From NCBI GenBank assembly GCA_963740355.1, contig CAVUDW010000003.1, positions 736,001 through 800,000 of the forward strand: a DNA stretch of 64,000 bases, written 5' to 3'. Shown in pieces: positions 48,596 through 58,830 of the stretch. The position numbers were made by a program, and so were the translations under genes. The stretch comes from an uncultured Gemmatimonadaceae bacterium (GTDB lineage Bacteria; Gemmatimonadota; Gemmatimonadetes; Gemmatimonadales; Gemmatimonadaceae). How positions within the stretch are numbered: the first letter of the stretch is position 1; every line of letters starts with the position of its first letter. The notes below the pieces were generated by a model. That model saw only the letters and a list, made by a program, of their open reading frames with translations, was not told the DNA's origin and did not search any database.

Positions 48596-50524
48596 CTACG
48601 GCAGGACGAACACGTCGAGCCGTGTCTTTCGGATACGGTCGCGATAGACTCGAATTTCAGCGGACCGAAAGTCTGCTGGCTTGGCCTCGAAGATGTTCGG
48701 CACCCACGTTTGCGGGTTACGATCGACCAGCGGGAACCACGAGCTCTGGATCAGCACCATGATGCGGTGCCCGCACTTGAACCGGTGGTTCACATCCGGC
48801 ATCTCGAAACGGATCGAATCCACCACTCCGGGGCGAAACGGGATCGGGCGCGCAAAGGACCTTCGGAATCGCGCGCGAAACGTCTCGCCGCGAATCAGGA
48901 TCTCCGCCCCGGGCGCCGCCCCTGTGATCGTGGAGGCAGAATCGGCGTCTGGCTGCACATCGATCAGCTTCACCATGAAGTCTGCGTCGGTGCCGCTGGT
49001 GGACACGTACAGGACGGGTGACACCGGTCCGGCCAGCACGACGTCGGTCGTCAGGACGTCACTGACGTACGTCAACACATCTGGGCGGCGCGACGCGTAG
49101 CGCTGGTCGCTCACCACCCAATCACCTGGCGCGCCTTCCGCGTCGACACGATCCACGGTCGGCACCGGGTGCGCGGGGTCGCTGATGTAGCTGTCGTAGC
49201 CGCGCACACCCAAGGCCAGAGGCGCCGTGAAGCTCAGTCCACCGTTGGGCTGCATGAAGAGCGATCGCCGCTCCGCCTCGCGCGGTGGGAAGCTGTCGTA
49301 GCGTCGCCACTCGTTGCTGCCGGTCTCGAATGCAGTGACGTTCGGCAGACCAGTCTCCGGACCGCCCTTCAGGTGCTGCCGGAAAAAGGGAAACTCGACC
49401 GAGTCGCGGTAGTACGGTCCCGATGGTGCACCGAACTGCAACTTCCCAACGGTGTTCGCGTCGCCCCTCGACCAGCCGCCATGATCCCACGGTCCCACGA
49501 CCAATCGCGTGTCGGTTGCCGGGGCACGCTTGCGCAGCGCTCGCCAGACTTTGAACGGGCCTTGCAGATCTTCCGCGTCGAACCAGCCGCCTACGACGAG
49601 CGTCGGCACTCGAATCCCGCCGACGTGCTGTGAGATGTCGCGCACACGGTTGTACTCATCGTACGTCGGATGTGCAGCCGACGCATAGAACAGCCAGCCT
49701 GAGTCGGCATTGATCAGTCGACGAGCGGCAGCACCGATCGGCCCCGCCTTCAGCATCGCAGCATACGCGTCGGGCCCGAGGTCCAGAGCGCGAAAGGTCT
49801 CGGGGCCCGGCCTCGCCCCGAGCGGACGCGCCAAACCGGACAGTCCGGCGAAGTTCGCCCAGAGCATGAACGCGCCATTGTGATAGGCATCGTCGCCGAG
49901 CCAGATGTCGGTGATCGGGGCCTGCGGCGAGCAGGCGACGACCGCTGGAGGCGCATCGATGCAACTGGCCGTCGTGTAGAACCCCGGCCAGGAGATGCCG
50001 TAAATGCCGACGCGGCCGTTGTTCGGTGTCACATTCGCGAGCAGCCAGGCCACCGTGTCCGATGCATCGCTGCTTTCATCGACCTCTTGCCCGCGTTTCG
50101 TCGCGCGATGGGGCGTCATCATCGTCAGCTGCCCCTCCGACATCCACGAGCCGCGGACATCCTGGATCACGAAGATGAAGCCGTCACGCGCGAATCGCGG
50201 ATTCCCGCTTGGACCAAGCGCTCGTCGGTAGGTCGAGTCGCCGTAGGGCGCAGCGCTGAACGGCGTCCGCGTGAGCAGGAATGGATAGCGTCGGCCGGCG
50301 GTGTCGCGCGGGATGTAGATGCTCGTGAACAGTCGCACGCCGTCGCGCATCGGAATCCGCGCTTCCACCTTCCGATAGTTCGTGCGCAGCCAGTCCGCAT
50401 CGACCGGCTGGGCATGCATGGCCGCCGTCGCGATGCACCAGGATGCGCACATCGTGACGAGCCGGTTCACCCATCGCCACCCGCTGGCCGCTGTCACGCA
50501 GGCGTGATCACTCACCATTGGCAC
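48596..50524 (-). CDS. CocE/NonD family hydrolase (S15)
   Basis: IPMRDGVRL, RTPF, QDVRG, GISWPGF, GGWFDAED, GPWDH; start uncertain. Confidence 0.92.
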   Translation of the reverse strand: MPMVSDHACVTAASGWRWVNRLVTMCASWCIATAAMHAQPVDADWLRTNYRKVEARIPMRDGVRLFTSIYIPRDTAGRRYPFLLTRTPFSAAPYGDSTYRRALGPSGNPRFARDGFIFVIQDVRGSWMSEGQLTMMTPHRATKRGQEVDESSDASDTVAWLLANVTPNNGRVGIYGISWPGFYTTASCIDAPPAVVACSPQAPITDIWLGDDAYHNGAFMLWANFAGLSGLARPLGARPGPETFRALDLGPDAYAAMLKAGPIGAAARRLINADSGWLFYASAAHPTYDEYNRVRDISQHVGGIRVPTLVVGGWFDAEDLQGPFKVWRALRKRAPATDTRLVVGPWDHGGWSRGDANTVGKLQFGAPSGPYYRDSVEFPFFRQHLKGGPETGLPNVTAFETGSNEWRRYDSFPPREAERRSLFMQPNGGLSFTAPLALGVRGYDSYISDPAHPVPTVDRVDAEGAPGDWVVSDQRYASRRPDVLTYVSDVLTTDVVLAGPVSPVLYVSTSGTDADFMVKLIDVQPDADSASTITGAAPGAEILIRGETFRARFRRSFARPIPFRPGVVDSIRFEMPDVNHRFKCGHRIMVLIQSSWFPLVDRNPQTWVPNIFEAKPADFRSAEIRVYRDRIRKTRLDVFVLP

Positions 50525-50793
50525 GCAAGACTCCTCGCAGGGTTAGCGCCGGTCGAAGGCATTCGGGCACGGTCGGGGCCACGTCCGGGCCCCCACGTCG
50601 CGCACAGTATTGTCCGATGCGCGGCCTCACGCCAACGGGCTGAGTCCGACGGGTGCGCGAATGGGGATATTCGCGCCAGCGGATCGGTGAGCCGTTTGCC
50701 GGAGACGGCCGGCCGAAGGCACCGACTGCTAGAATTCAGCGCATGCCTGATGAGTCTTCAGTCTTGCGCCGCGTCCATCCTTCGGAGCATCCC

Positions 50794-52074
50794 GTGCGAA
50801 CTCTCGTTTCCGCCGCAGTCCTCTGTGCTGCCGCGGGTTGCAGCAAGGCGACACCCGCAACGACGACCGGCGCCACAGCCGCGTCGTCATACCTCTACGT
50901 CTGGTCCGGAGACTCCGCCGGTACGTCGAGCGACTTCCTCGGCGTGATCGATGCCGACACCGCCTCGCCGCAGTACGGCCGTGTCGTCGCGTCAGTTCCG
51001 ACTGGAGTGGCTGGCACACACCCGCACCATACGGAAGCGGTCCTGTCGGCGTCTGGTCACCTGTTGGCGAACGGATTCGGTGCCGGTCGCAGCTGGCTGT
51101 TCGACCTGACCGCGCCACGCGCACCGAAGATCCTCACGACCTTCGGGGACCGCGATGGTTTCAGCCATCCGCATACGTATCTCCGCCTGAGCAACGGGCA
51201 TGTGCTGGCGACATTTCAGTACACCGCTGACTCCACCGCGCAGGCACCAGAGCATGCGGCGATGGCTGTCGGGATGAAGCGAGCGAGGGTGGTGCGGAAG
51301 ACGGGCGGGTTGGTCGAGATGGATGAACGCGGCACGGTGATTCGCAGCGCGAGCGCGACTGACCCTGCGATCGCGGACAAGGAGATCTTCCCATACAGCG
51401 TGCTCGAACTGAAGCCGATCGATCGCGCGGTGTCGACGACGACCGACATGGATGAATCGAACACCAGGTCAACGGCCGAGTGGGTGCAGTTCTGGCGCCT
51501 GTCCGACCTCAAGCTCCTGCGCAGCATCGCGCTTCCGGCCGGTCCGCGCGGCGACGAGCACAAGCTCACCGGAGAGCCGTTCCTGCTTCCCGACGGCAAG
51601 AGTGTCTACATCCAGACCTTCAGTTGCGGCCTGTACCTCGTGAAGAACATCGAGGGCGACAAACCGACCGCCACCTTCGTCAAGGGATTCCCGGGGATGG
51701 ATTGTGGCGTGCCTGTGCTGACGAGTCACTACTACCTGCAGACGGTGCCGTCCACACATTCACTGATCGCGCTCGATATCGCCGATCCGGAACATCCGCG
51801 TGAAGTGTCGTCGGTGTCGTTCGGCGATGGCGAGGAGCCGCACTGGTTGTCGATCGATCACACGGGGCGCAGGCTGGTGCTGAATTCGGGCGGCGCCGGT
51901 TCGAGCAATCGGCTCTGGGTGATCAACTTCGACCCGACGACCGGCGCGCTCGCGATCGATACGCGCTTCCGCGACGCAGGCAGTGCGCAAGCCGGAGTCA
52001 GCATGTCGAAGCAAGCCTGGCCGCATGGGTTCAAGGGAGTGGCAGTGCCGCACGGCACGGTGTTCTCGCGCTGA
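50794..52074 (+). CDS. Selenium-binding protein (SBP56)/methanethiol-oxidase-like beta-propeller lipoprotein
   Basis: AAG-C lipobox; DFLGVIDAD..SP.YG.VV, PHHTE, PHW, PHG; GGAG RBS before GTG. Confidence 0.7.
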   Translation: MRTLVSAAVLCAAAGCSKATPATTTGATAASSYLYVWSGDSAGTSSDFLGVIDADTASPQYGRVVASVPTGVAGTHPHHTEAVLSASGHLLANGFGAGRSWLFDLTAPRAPKILTTFGDRDGFSHPHTYLRLSNGHVLATFQYTADSTAQAPEHAAMAVGMKRARVVRKTGGLVEMDERGTVIRSASATDPAIADKEIFPYSVLELKPIDRAVSTTTDMDESNTRSTAEWVQFWRLSDLKLLRSIALPAGPRGDEHKLTGEPFLLPDGKSVYIQTFSCGLYLVKNIEGDKPTATFVKGFPGMDCGVPVLTSHYYLQTVPSTHSLIALDIADPEHPREVSSVSFGDGEEPHWLSIDHTGRRLVLNSGGAGSSNRLWVINFDPTTGALAIDTRFRDAGSAQAGVSMSKQAWPHGFKGVAVPHGTVFSR

Positions 52075-53534
52075 TGTCGGCCGAGCCGTCCGGTACCACG
52101 AAGTCATCACCGATGATTCCATTCTCGCCTGCTCCCGGCAAAGGCGAGCTACCGGCGCGGTTTCCCAGCCCGTTCGATCGGTCGGCAGTGCATCCACTCG
52201 CGCAACGCGCCGCGCTCGACATCATGGCCTTGCTGCGAAGCGATGCGGCGCGTGAGTGGTCTCTCGAGGCTGAAGGCGGCGGCAAGATGTTCGGCGCGCT
52301 GGTGGTCGAATCACGCGATGGCGTGGTCGGCTACCTGCGGGGCTTTTCCGGCATGGTGAACGGTCAGTGGGAGATCGATGGCTGGGTGCCGCCGAGCTTC
52401 GACAGCGGCGAGCGCGACGCCATCTGGATACCAGGCGAAGCAGAGATGCTGGCGTTGAGTGCGCGGCGCGTGGCATTGCTCACGGCACCGGCGAGCGACA
52501 TCGCGTCGGATGAACTCCTGATGCTGGATCTGGAACGCGCAGTACGGTCGCGCGAACTGTTGCCGCAGATTCAGGAGACCTACCGCTTCACGAATGCGCT
52601 GGGCGAGGTGCGCGGGGTGCGGGAACTCTTTGCACCGGCGCTCCCGCCGGGCGGTGCCGGTGACTGCGCGGCGCCAAAGCTGCTGGCGGAGGCGTATCGC
52701 CAGGGGCTGCGTCCCCTTGCGTTGGCCGAGTTCTGGTGGGGGGCGCCGCCGCGCACCGGCGATCGTCGCGCGGGCTCTTTCTATCCGGCGTGCCGAGGCA
52801 AGTGTGCACCGATTCTCGCCCACATGCTGCAAGGGCTTCCGGCCGATGAAACGCCGCTGTTCGGAGCCGACTTCATTGATGCGTCCGAGCCGGCGGTGGT
52901 GTTCGAGGACGAGTGGATCGTGATCGTCAACAAGCCGTGCGGTCTGCTCTCGGTGCCCGGGCGCAGTGGGTTGCTGCGCGACTCGGTGGCGACGAGGCTG
53001 CGCGCGCGATATCCCGACGCGACAGGCCCTCTGGTGGTGCATCGGCTGGACCTCGACACGTCAGGGCTGATGCTGATCGCGAAGGACACCACGACCTACG
53101 CCGCGTTGCAGCGACAGTTCGCACTGCGCGAGATCACCAAGCGCTACATCGCCTGGCTTGACGGCGATGTCCGTGGCGAGCGTGGCGTGATCGAATTGCC
53201 GTTGCGCGTCGACGTCGACGATCGACCACGGCAGATCCACGATCCTGAACATGGCAAGTCCGCGGTGACGAGATGGGAAGTGCTCTCGCGCGTTGACGGC
53301 CGCACCCAGGTCGCCTTGCACCCGCACACGGGCCGCACCCATCAGCTGCGTGTCCACGCGTCGCATCCACTCGGCCTTGATGCGCCGATCGTCGGTGATC
53401 GGCTGTACGGCCGCGCGGCGCCAGCGGAGGGCGAGAGGTTGATGTTGCACGCAGAGTCGCTGGAGTTCGTGCACCCGGTGACGGCGGAGCGAATCCAGGT
53501 CACGCAGCCGTCTGGACTCTTCTCCGCGAGTTGA
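52074..53534 (+). CDS. RluA-family pseudouridine synthase with long Cys-containing N-terminal domain
   Basis: NKPCGLLSVPG, VHRLDLDTSG, TGRTHQLRVH, PIVGD.LYG. Confidence 0.92.
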   Translation: MSAEPSGTTKSSPMIPFSPAPGKGELPARFPSPFDRSAVHPLAQRAALDIMALLRSDAAREWSLEAEGGGKMFGALVVESRDGVVGYLRGFSGMVNGQWEIDGWVPPSFDSGERDAIWIPGEAEMLALSARRVALLTAPASDIASDELLMLDLERAVRSRELLPQIQETYRFTNALGEVRGVRELFAPALPPGGAGDCAAPKLLAEAYRQGLRPLALAEFWWGAPPRTGDRRAGSFYPACRGKCAPILAHMLQGLPADETPLFGADFIDASEPAVVFEDEWIVIVNKPCGLLSVPGRSGLLRDSVATRLRARYPDATGPLVVHRLDLDTSGLMLIAKDTTTYAALQRQFALREITKRYIAWLDGDVRGERGVIELPLRVDVDDRPRQIHDPEHGKSAVTRWEVLSRVDGRTQVALHPHTGRTHQLRVHASHPLGLDAPIVGDRLYGRAAPAEGERLMLHAESLEFVHPVTAERIQVTQPSGLFSAS

Positions 53535-53644
53535 CGGATGCATCAGCAACCGGCAGCGCAATTGCGAGAGTTTTAAGCTCGCATTGCGTGAATTCGATGT
53601 TGCGGAGCCTCGTAGCGTGAGGCAAGCGGCAGTACGATTTCGCC

Positions 53645-53845
53645 ATGAAAGTCCGCGAGATGATGCGCCTTCTGCGGGAGGATGGCTGGATACTTGTCAG
53701 GACTCGTGGCAGCCACCGGCAGTTCCGGCATCCGGTCAAGCCGGGGCTGGTCACACTCGCGGGCTCTGGCCGCATGGACCTAGCGGTAGGTACCTTACGG
53801 AGCATCCTGAAACAAGCTGACCTCAGGCCACAGGTCGAGGATTGA
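53645..53845 (+). CDS. hicA: HicA toxin
   Basis: DGW..VRTRGSHRQFRHP, GTLRSILKQA. Confidence 0.92.
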   Translation: MKVREMMRLLREDGWILVRTRGSHRQFRHPVKPGLVTLAGSGRMDLAVGTLRSILKQADLRPQVED

Positions 53846-53848
53846 ATT

Positions 53849-54064
53849 ATGCACCGATATCTCGTCGTGATTGAACCGACCGCCGTCGGCTACTCCGCCT
53901 ACTCGCCGGACCTGCCAGGCTGCGCCGCGACTGGCACAACACAGGTTGAGATCGAGCAGGCGATGCGCGACGCCATCAAGTTTCATCTCGACGGTCTTCG
54001 CGTCGAGGGGCTACCGATTCCCCCCGGCGGCACCTCTGCGCGCTACATCGAAGTAGCGGCCTGA
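53849..54064 (+). CDS. hicB: HicB antitoxin (short, no DNA-binding domain)
   Basis: YLVVIE, YSAYSPDLPGC.ATG, AI.FHL..L...G.PIP. Confidence 0.92.
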   Translation: MHRYLVVIEPTAVGYSAYSPDLPGCAATGTTQVEIEQAMRDAIKFHLDGLRVEGLPIPPGGTSARYIEVAA

Positions 54065-54082
54065 GACGTCGCCCGCGCGCCC

Positions 54083-54811
54083 CTACCCCGCGCGACGCAG
54101 CTGTTCGCGCTTGACCGCCGCATGCACATCGGCGGTCACCCAGGCGCTGCCGAACAGTGCCAGCTTGTCCAGCTCTTCCTTCGTGATACCACCGATCTCG
54201 CCGCGGTAGGCCGCCTTGATTGCGTTCATGCGATTTTGCGATGCGACGAGCTGGGGATGCGTCGCGATCGCCAGTGCGTGCACGCCCTCACGTTCTGCGA
54301 GGTGAGCCGCAACGCGCGCAGTGTGCAACGTGTGCACCTCGTGCACATTGGCCGTCGCCGGCAGGTATTCCGCAGAAATCAAGGCCGGGAGTGCGATGGC
54401 GGCAGCGCTGGCAGCGTTGCTGGTCACGACGAACGACCCGTCGCTGAACTCCGTCTCCATGTCCACCACCTTGCCCGGCAACTTGCGGAACAACCAGAGA
54501 AACAGGCGCAGGCCGAGCTTCTTGATGCGCGGATGGTAGAGCGCGGCCATCACGGTCCCGTCTTTCGAGAGCAGGCAACGAATCATCACCGGCATCAACA
54601 CACCGTTCGGCGTGTTGGTGATCGTCCTGTCCTCGACCGTCGCGACAGTGCGGAACCCGTTGCTCTCGAGTTGCCGGGCGGTGCGGGTGTAGAACCCCTG
54701 GTCGAGATGACCGAAACGCTTCGGATCGGCCGGCACGTACTCGTGTGCCGGTTGATACGTGGCCTCGATCATGGCCAGGATGTTGTGCGCAGCCTGCTCG
54801 GTTGGTTCCAT
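54083..54811 (-). CDS. Hypothetical protein
   Basis: Strong GC3 bias; DMETEFSDGSFVVTSN segment. Confidence 0.7.
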   Translation of the reverse strand: MEPTEQAAHNILAMIEATYQPAHEYVPADPKRFGHLDQGFYTRTARQLESNGFRTVATVEDRTITNTPNGVLMPVMIRCLLSKDGTVMAALYHPRIKKLGLRLFLWLFRKLPGKVVDMETEFSDGSFVVTSNAASAAAIALPALISAEYLPATANVHEVHTLHTARVAAHLAEREGVHALAIATHPQLVASQNRMNAIKAAYRGEIGGITKEELDKLALFGSAWVTADVHAAVKREQLRRAG

Positions 54812-54936
54812 GGCTCTGACGGGGCAGCGAGGGGAGGACATCGCCTGGACGGGCGCTGATCACCCGTTTACCGACGCGCGATGCTCGAGGCTGGTAACAC
54901 CGCACCGGAGCATGTCGCGAATCAGCGCCCCCGGCG

Positions 54937-55839
54937 TCACCGCATCCGCGGCAACCACATCCCCATGGCGGCGGCGAATATGCCCGCCGCGGTGCCGCAG
55001 GTGAGGATCGCTAGCCCGGCTGCCACCATCAGCCGTCCCCGCACCTCCCCGCGCTCCTGCGCCCAGAGGTACGCCTCGAGCACCGCCAGCGGGATCAGCG
55101 ACTCTGCGAACGCGAGCGCCGTAAGAAGTGGCCCCTGAAAGGTCTGCGGGTCGAAGCCGACGGGACGCCGGTGAATCAGCAACCACAACATCAGTCCCAC
55201 CCGAAAGAACCACACCCCGCTGGCGACGAGGAAGAGTCGCAGCGCCCAGCGGCGATGCGCCGCGAACCGCCGCTGCCTGGCGGCGCGCCAGGCCAGCACC
55301 GCGAAGGTCATCATCAAGCTGGCGTTCAAGGTCGACGCGAGGTGCTGCCCAGTGTTGCCGACCGTGCCACGAAACCAGACGAGATACAGACCGCCAAGGC
55401 TGATCAGCAGCGCAGCCACGATATACGCGCGACCTGTGACACGGTGCAGCGCAGGCCATCGCTGCCGTACCATGGGCAGCAGTTGCATGGCGCCTGCAAG
55501 GATGATCACGAGCGCCAGCATCAGGTGCGTGATGACCGTGGCGTTGCCGATCGTGTCGCCCCGGATATAGCCCTTCGGCATCACGGTGCTGAGCACCGTC
55601 GGGTCACCACGCAGGGCGCCGCCGCCATACAGCCAGGTGATATACGCCGCGAAGAAGAGCTGCCCTGCTACTGCGACCACGAACCAGCCCGTCGCCGCCC
55701 AGCGCAGTGGGACGCGCCCACGTCCCGACGCCGCTGGCCCGCGGTCTGCCGCGCTGCCTTTCGCCATCGACGCTTCTCGACGCACTGGATCAGCAGGGCT
55801 GACCTGCAACTGCGCATTCGTGGATGGTATCACCGCCAT
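54937..55839 (-). CDS. DUF2306 family membrane protein
   Basis: HL..A, QL.P..R..WP.LHR..GR.Y, AHRRWALR; alternative start 55767. Confidence 0.85.
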   Translation of the reverse strand: MAVIPSTNAQLQVSPADPVRREASMAKGSAADRGPAASGRGRVPLRWAATGWFVVAVAGQLFFAAYITWLYGGGALRGDPTVLSTVMPKGYIRGDTIGNATVITHLMLALVIILAGAMQLLPMVRQRWPALHRVTGRAYIVAALLISLGGLYLVWFRGTVGNTGQHLASTLNASLMMTFAVLAWRAARQRRFAAHRRWALRLFLVASGVWFFRVGLMLWLLIHRRPVGFDPQTFQGPLLTALAFAESLIPLAVLEAYLWAQERGEVRGRLMVAAGLAILTCGTAAGIFAAAMGMWLPRMR

Positions 55840-56004
55840 GTGCTCGCTCGCTGAAACCGCGGTGACCCACCGCCGTAGATGATGCAGATGTCGGCTGCGA
55901 TCCCTGACCGACTGCGATGCTTCGATCCTACGATTCCCGGGTGGTGCCAACCATGACTGCACAGATCAGAATCATGATCCCACGTGACATGGCGAGCTCT
56001 TGGC

Positions 56005-57024
56005 ATGAGTGAACCGACCATCGGCGCAGGGTACGCCGTTGGCCTGCTGGCCTATGCCGCCGACGCTGGCGCGGATCGAACCCTGTTGCTCGAGCAGGCC
56101 GACATTCATGAGCGGGCGCTCGAGGATCATTTCAATCGCGTCCCACTCTCGCGATACATCGCGCTCGTGCGATCAGCAGCGGCGATGTGCGAAGATGCCG
56201 AGTTTGCGCTGCACTTCGGGCTGTCGTCGAACTGCGCCGACCTGTCGATCATCGCAATGATCGGGAGCGCGTGCGAGACAGTGCTGGAGGCACTCGCACA
56301 GCTGAACCGATACGGCAGGCTGGCCGTCGACATCGGTGGCATACGCGGCGACGAACACTACCGGCTGGAGCACGATCGCCAGGGTGTCTGGCTGGTCGAT
56401 GACCGACAACACCACGGCCTCTGTCCGGAGTTGAACATTGCGACGCTGGTCCGCATGGCGTCGAACATCCAGAAGGGGTTCGGCGCGAGCTATGTGCGCG
56501 AAGTGCGGTTCAGTTGTGCGGCACTTGGCAACGCCTCCGAGTACGAGGCACGGCTCGGGGTTCGCGTGCAGTTCGGTCGCGAGCAGAATGCAATCCTGCT
56601 CGATCCGGCGTGGATGTCACAGCGGATCGGACGCGCCCCTCGCTACACCTTCGGCGTACTGACCGCGCACGCGGACGCGCTGATGCGTGACCTCGAACAG
56701 TCTCGCACCACACGCGGTCGAGTCGATGCCGCATTGCTGCCGATGCTCCACACCGGTGAGGTGAGCATGGACCGGGTCGCGCAACAGCTGGCGATGAGTC
56801 GCGCCACGCTCTATCGCTCGCTGAAGGCGGAGGGTGCGACATTCGAGCAGGTGCTCGATGGCGTGCGGCATCGCATGGCGCTGCACCACCTGGCGCAGCC
56901 GCGGGCGACCGTCAATCAGGCATCGCACCTGCTTGGATTCTCGGACCCAGCGGCGTTCTCGCGAGCCTTCAAGCGATGGACCGGCCACAGTCCACGCGCC
57001 TCCGTGCAGGCTGCCGCAGGCTGA
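56005..57024 (+). CDS. AraC family regulator (OruR/Arabinose_bd_2 type)
   Basis: MS..TLYR.LK.EG, LGFSDPAAFSRAFKRWTG.SP. Confidence 0.92.
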   Translation: MSEPTIGAGYAVGLLAYAADAGADRTLLLEQADIHERALEDHFNRVPLSRYIALVRSAAAMCEDAEFALHFGLSSNCADLSIIAMIGSACETVLEALAQLNRYGRLAVDIGGIRGDEHYRLEHDRQGVWLVDDRQHHGLCPELNIATLVRMASNIQKGFGASYVREVRFSCAALGNASEYEARLGVRVQFGREQNAILLDPAWMSQRIGRAPRYTFGVLTAHADALMRDLEQSRTTRGRVDAALLPMLHTGEVSMDRVAQQLAMSRATLYRSLKAEGATFEQVLDGVRHRMALHHLAQPRATVNQASHLLGFSDPAAFSRAFKRWTGHSPRASVQAAAG

Positions 57025-57052
57025 ACAGACAGCATGCGGCCAGCTCGGCCGC

Positions 57053-58765
57053 TCAGGGCATCCGCTGATACACGACGCGACCGCCAACGACGGTCGTCTG
57101 CACCTTCATCGCGGCCAGTTGCGCCTGCGTGGCCTGAAACGGATCGCGGTCGAGCAGGATGAAGTCAGCCAGCTTCCCAGGCGTGATAGACCCTTCGCGA
57201 GTCTGACGTCCGCCTGCCACTGCCGCGCCCATCGTGTATGCCGCGATGGCCGTCGCCACATCGAGGCGTTCACTCGGCACGAAGCCCTGCACCGGCAATC
57301 CCTTTTCTGTCTGCCGATTGACGGCCACCTGCACGCCGGGCCAGGGATTCAGGGTCACCACCGGCCAGTCGCTACCGAATGCGATCCCGCCGCCACCACT
57401 CGCGATCTGTTTCCACACCCACGCGCGGCCCGAGCGCGCCGGCCCGATGGCCATGGTCCACGCGCCCTCGCCCTCGGTGCCCTCCGGATAGGCGTGCAAC
57501 GGCTGCATGCTCGCAATCACACCGTCACGCCCGAACCGCGCCACATCGGCCGTATCGATGGTCTCGATATGCTCGATGCGCTGGATCCGCTCGCGTGGTC
57601 CATTCGCCAGGCGTGCCGCTGCATAGGCATCGAGCACCGTGCGAACGCCGCGATCGCCGATGGCGTGGGTCATGACACGAACGCCCTTCGCGTCGAGCTC
57701 CGTGACTGCCTGCGTGAAGGCGTCCACTGGCCAGAACAGAGTGCCTGTGGTGGTCGAATCGGTCGTATAGGGCGCCAGCATGGCAGCGGTGTGCGACTCG
57801 ATCACACCATCGATCATCAGCTTCGCGAGATTTGCCGAGACCCAATCTCCGTGATAGCGCTGCCGCGCACTGTCGATCTTCGCCATCAACGCAGGCGGCA
57901 TCACCGGCGGGTCGACAAAGACTCCAACATCGAATCGCACCGGCAGTGCTCCAGCCACACGGAGTGAGTCCAGCAGCGGCAGCAGCTCGAAGTCGCCGTG
58001 CGCACTGTGCACCCGCGTCACGCCAAGGCTGCTCGCGTATTTCAGGCCGATCAACAGTGCATTGCGGTTCTCGGCCGCAGTCGGCGCTGCAATGAGCTTG
58101 CCGACCAGCTGCGACGCGCGCTCCTTCAGCGCGCCAGTGGCCTCACCATCGGCGCCGCGGACGATGATGCCGTTGGGTGGATTCGGCGTCTCACGTGTGA
58201 TTCCAGCCAGCGCCAGCGCCTTGCTGTTCACCCAGCTGGTGTGACCATCGTAGGCGCTCAGCTGCACTGGTCGATCTGGAAAGAGATCGTCCAGGTCACG
58301 CTTGCTCGGCATGCCGTCACCACCGATCATGCCGTACGTCCAGCCGCGGCCGAGGACCCAGCCCGTGCCAGGGTTCTTCGCCTTCCACGCTGCCAGTTGC
58401 GCACGCAGGTCAGCCATGTTCTTTGCATCGCCCAGCGCCACGCGAGCAAGCGCCAGGGAACCCATGATGAAGTGCACGTGGGTATCGGTGAAGCCCGGCA
58501 GCAACGTCCGGCCGCGGGCATCGATCACACGGGTGCGTCGACCGATGCGGGTGCGGATCTCCGCATCAGTCCCCACCGCCACGATCGTGTCGCCGGCAAT
58601 GGCTAGCGCCTCGGCACGCGGGTGCGCCGGATCGACCGTCCAGATGGCCGCGTGCAGGACGACCAGGTCAGCGGGAGCAACACTCGTCGCAACGCGCTGC
58701 GCCTGCGCGCGAGCGGTGACGAGGAGGGCGACGCTGGCGAGCGTGACGAGGAGGCGTGATTGCAT
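57053..58765 (-). CDS. Amidohydrolase 3 (YtcJ-like), secreted
   Basis: PGFTDTHVH, HAIGD, RIEH, FGSDWPV, GKLADF. Confidence 0.92.
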   Translation of the reverse strand: MQSRLLVTLASVALLVTARAQAQRVATSVAPADLVVLHAAIWTVDPAHPRAEALAIAGDTIVAVGTDAEIRTRIGRRTRVIDARGRTLLPGFTDTHVHFIMGSLALARVALGDAKNMADLRAQLAAWKAKNPGTGWVLGRGWTYGMIGGDGMPSKRDLDDLFPDRPVQLSAYDGHTSWVNSKALALAGITRETPNPPNGIIVRGADGEATGALKERASQLVGKLIAAPTAAENRNALLIGLKYASSLGVTRVHSAHGDFELLPLLDSLRVAGALPVRFDVGVFVDPPVMPPALMAKIDSARQRYHGDWVSANLAKLMIDGVIESHTAAMLAPYTTDSTTTGTLFWPVDAFTQAVTELDAKGVRVMTHAIGDRGVRTVLDAYAAARLANGPRERIQRIEHIETIDTADVARFGRDGVIASMQPLHAYPEGTEGEGAWTMAIGPARSGRAWVWKQIASGGGGIAFGSDWPVVTLNPWPGVQVAVNRQTEKGLPVQGFVPSERLDVATAIAAYTMGAAVAGGRQTREGSITPGKLADFILLDRDPFQATQAQLAAMKVQTTVVGGRVVYQRMP

Positions 58766-58830
58766 CACAGGTACATACAACGAGCGCGCCGTCCGGTCGA
58801 GTGGGCGGCGCGCTCGGACCACGCCGACGG

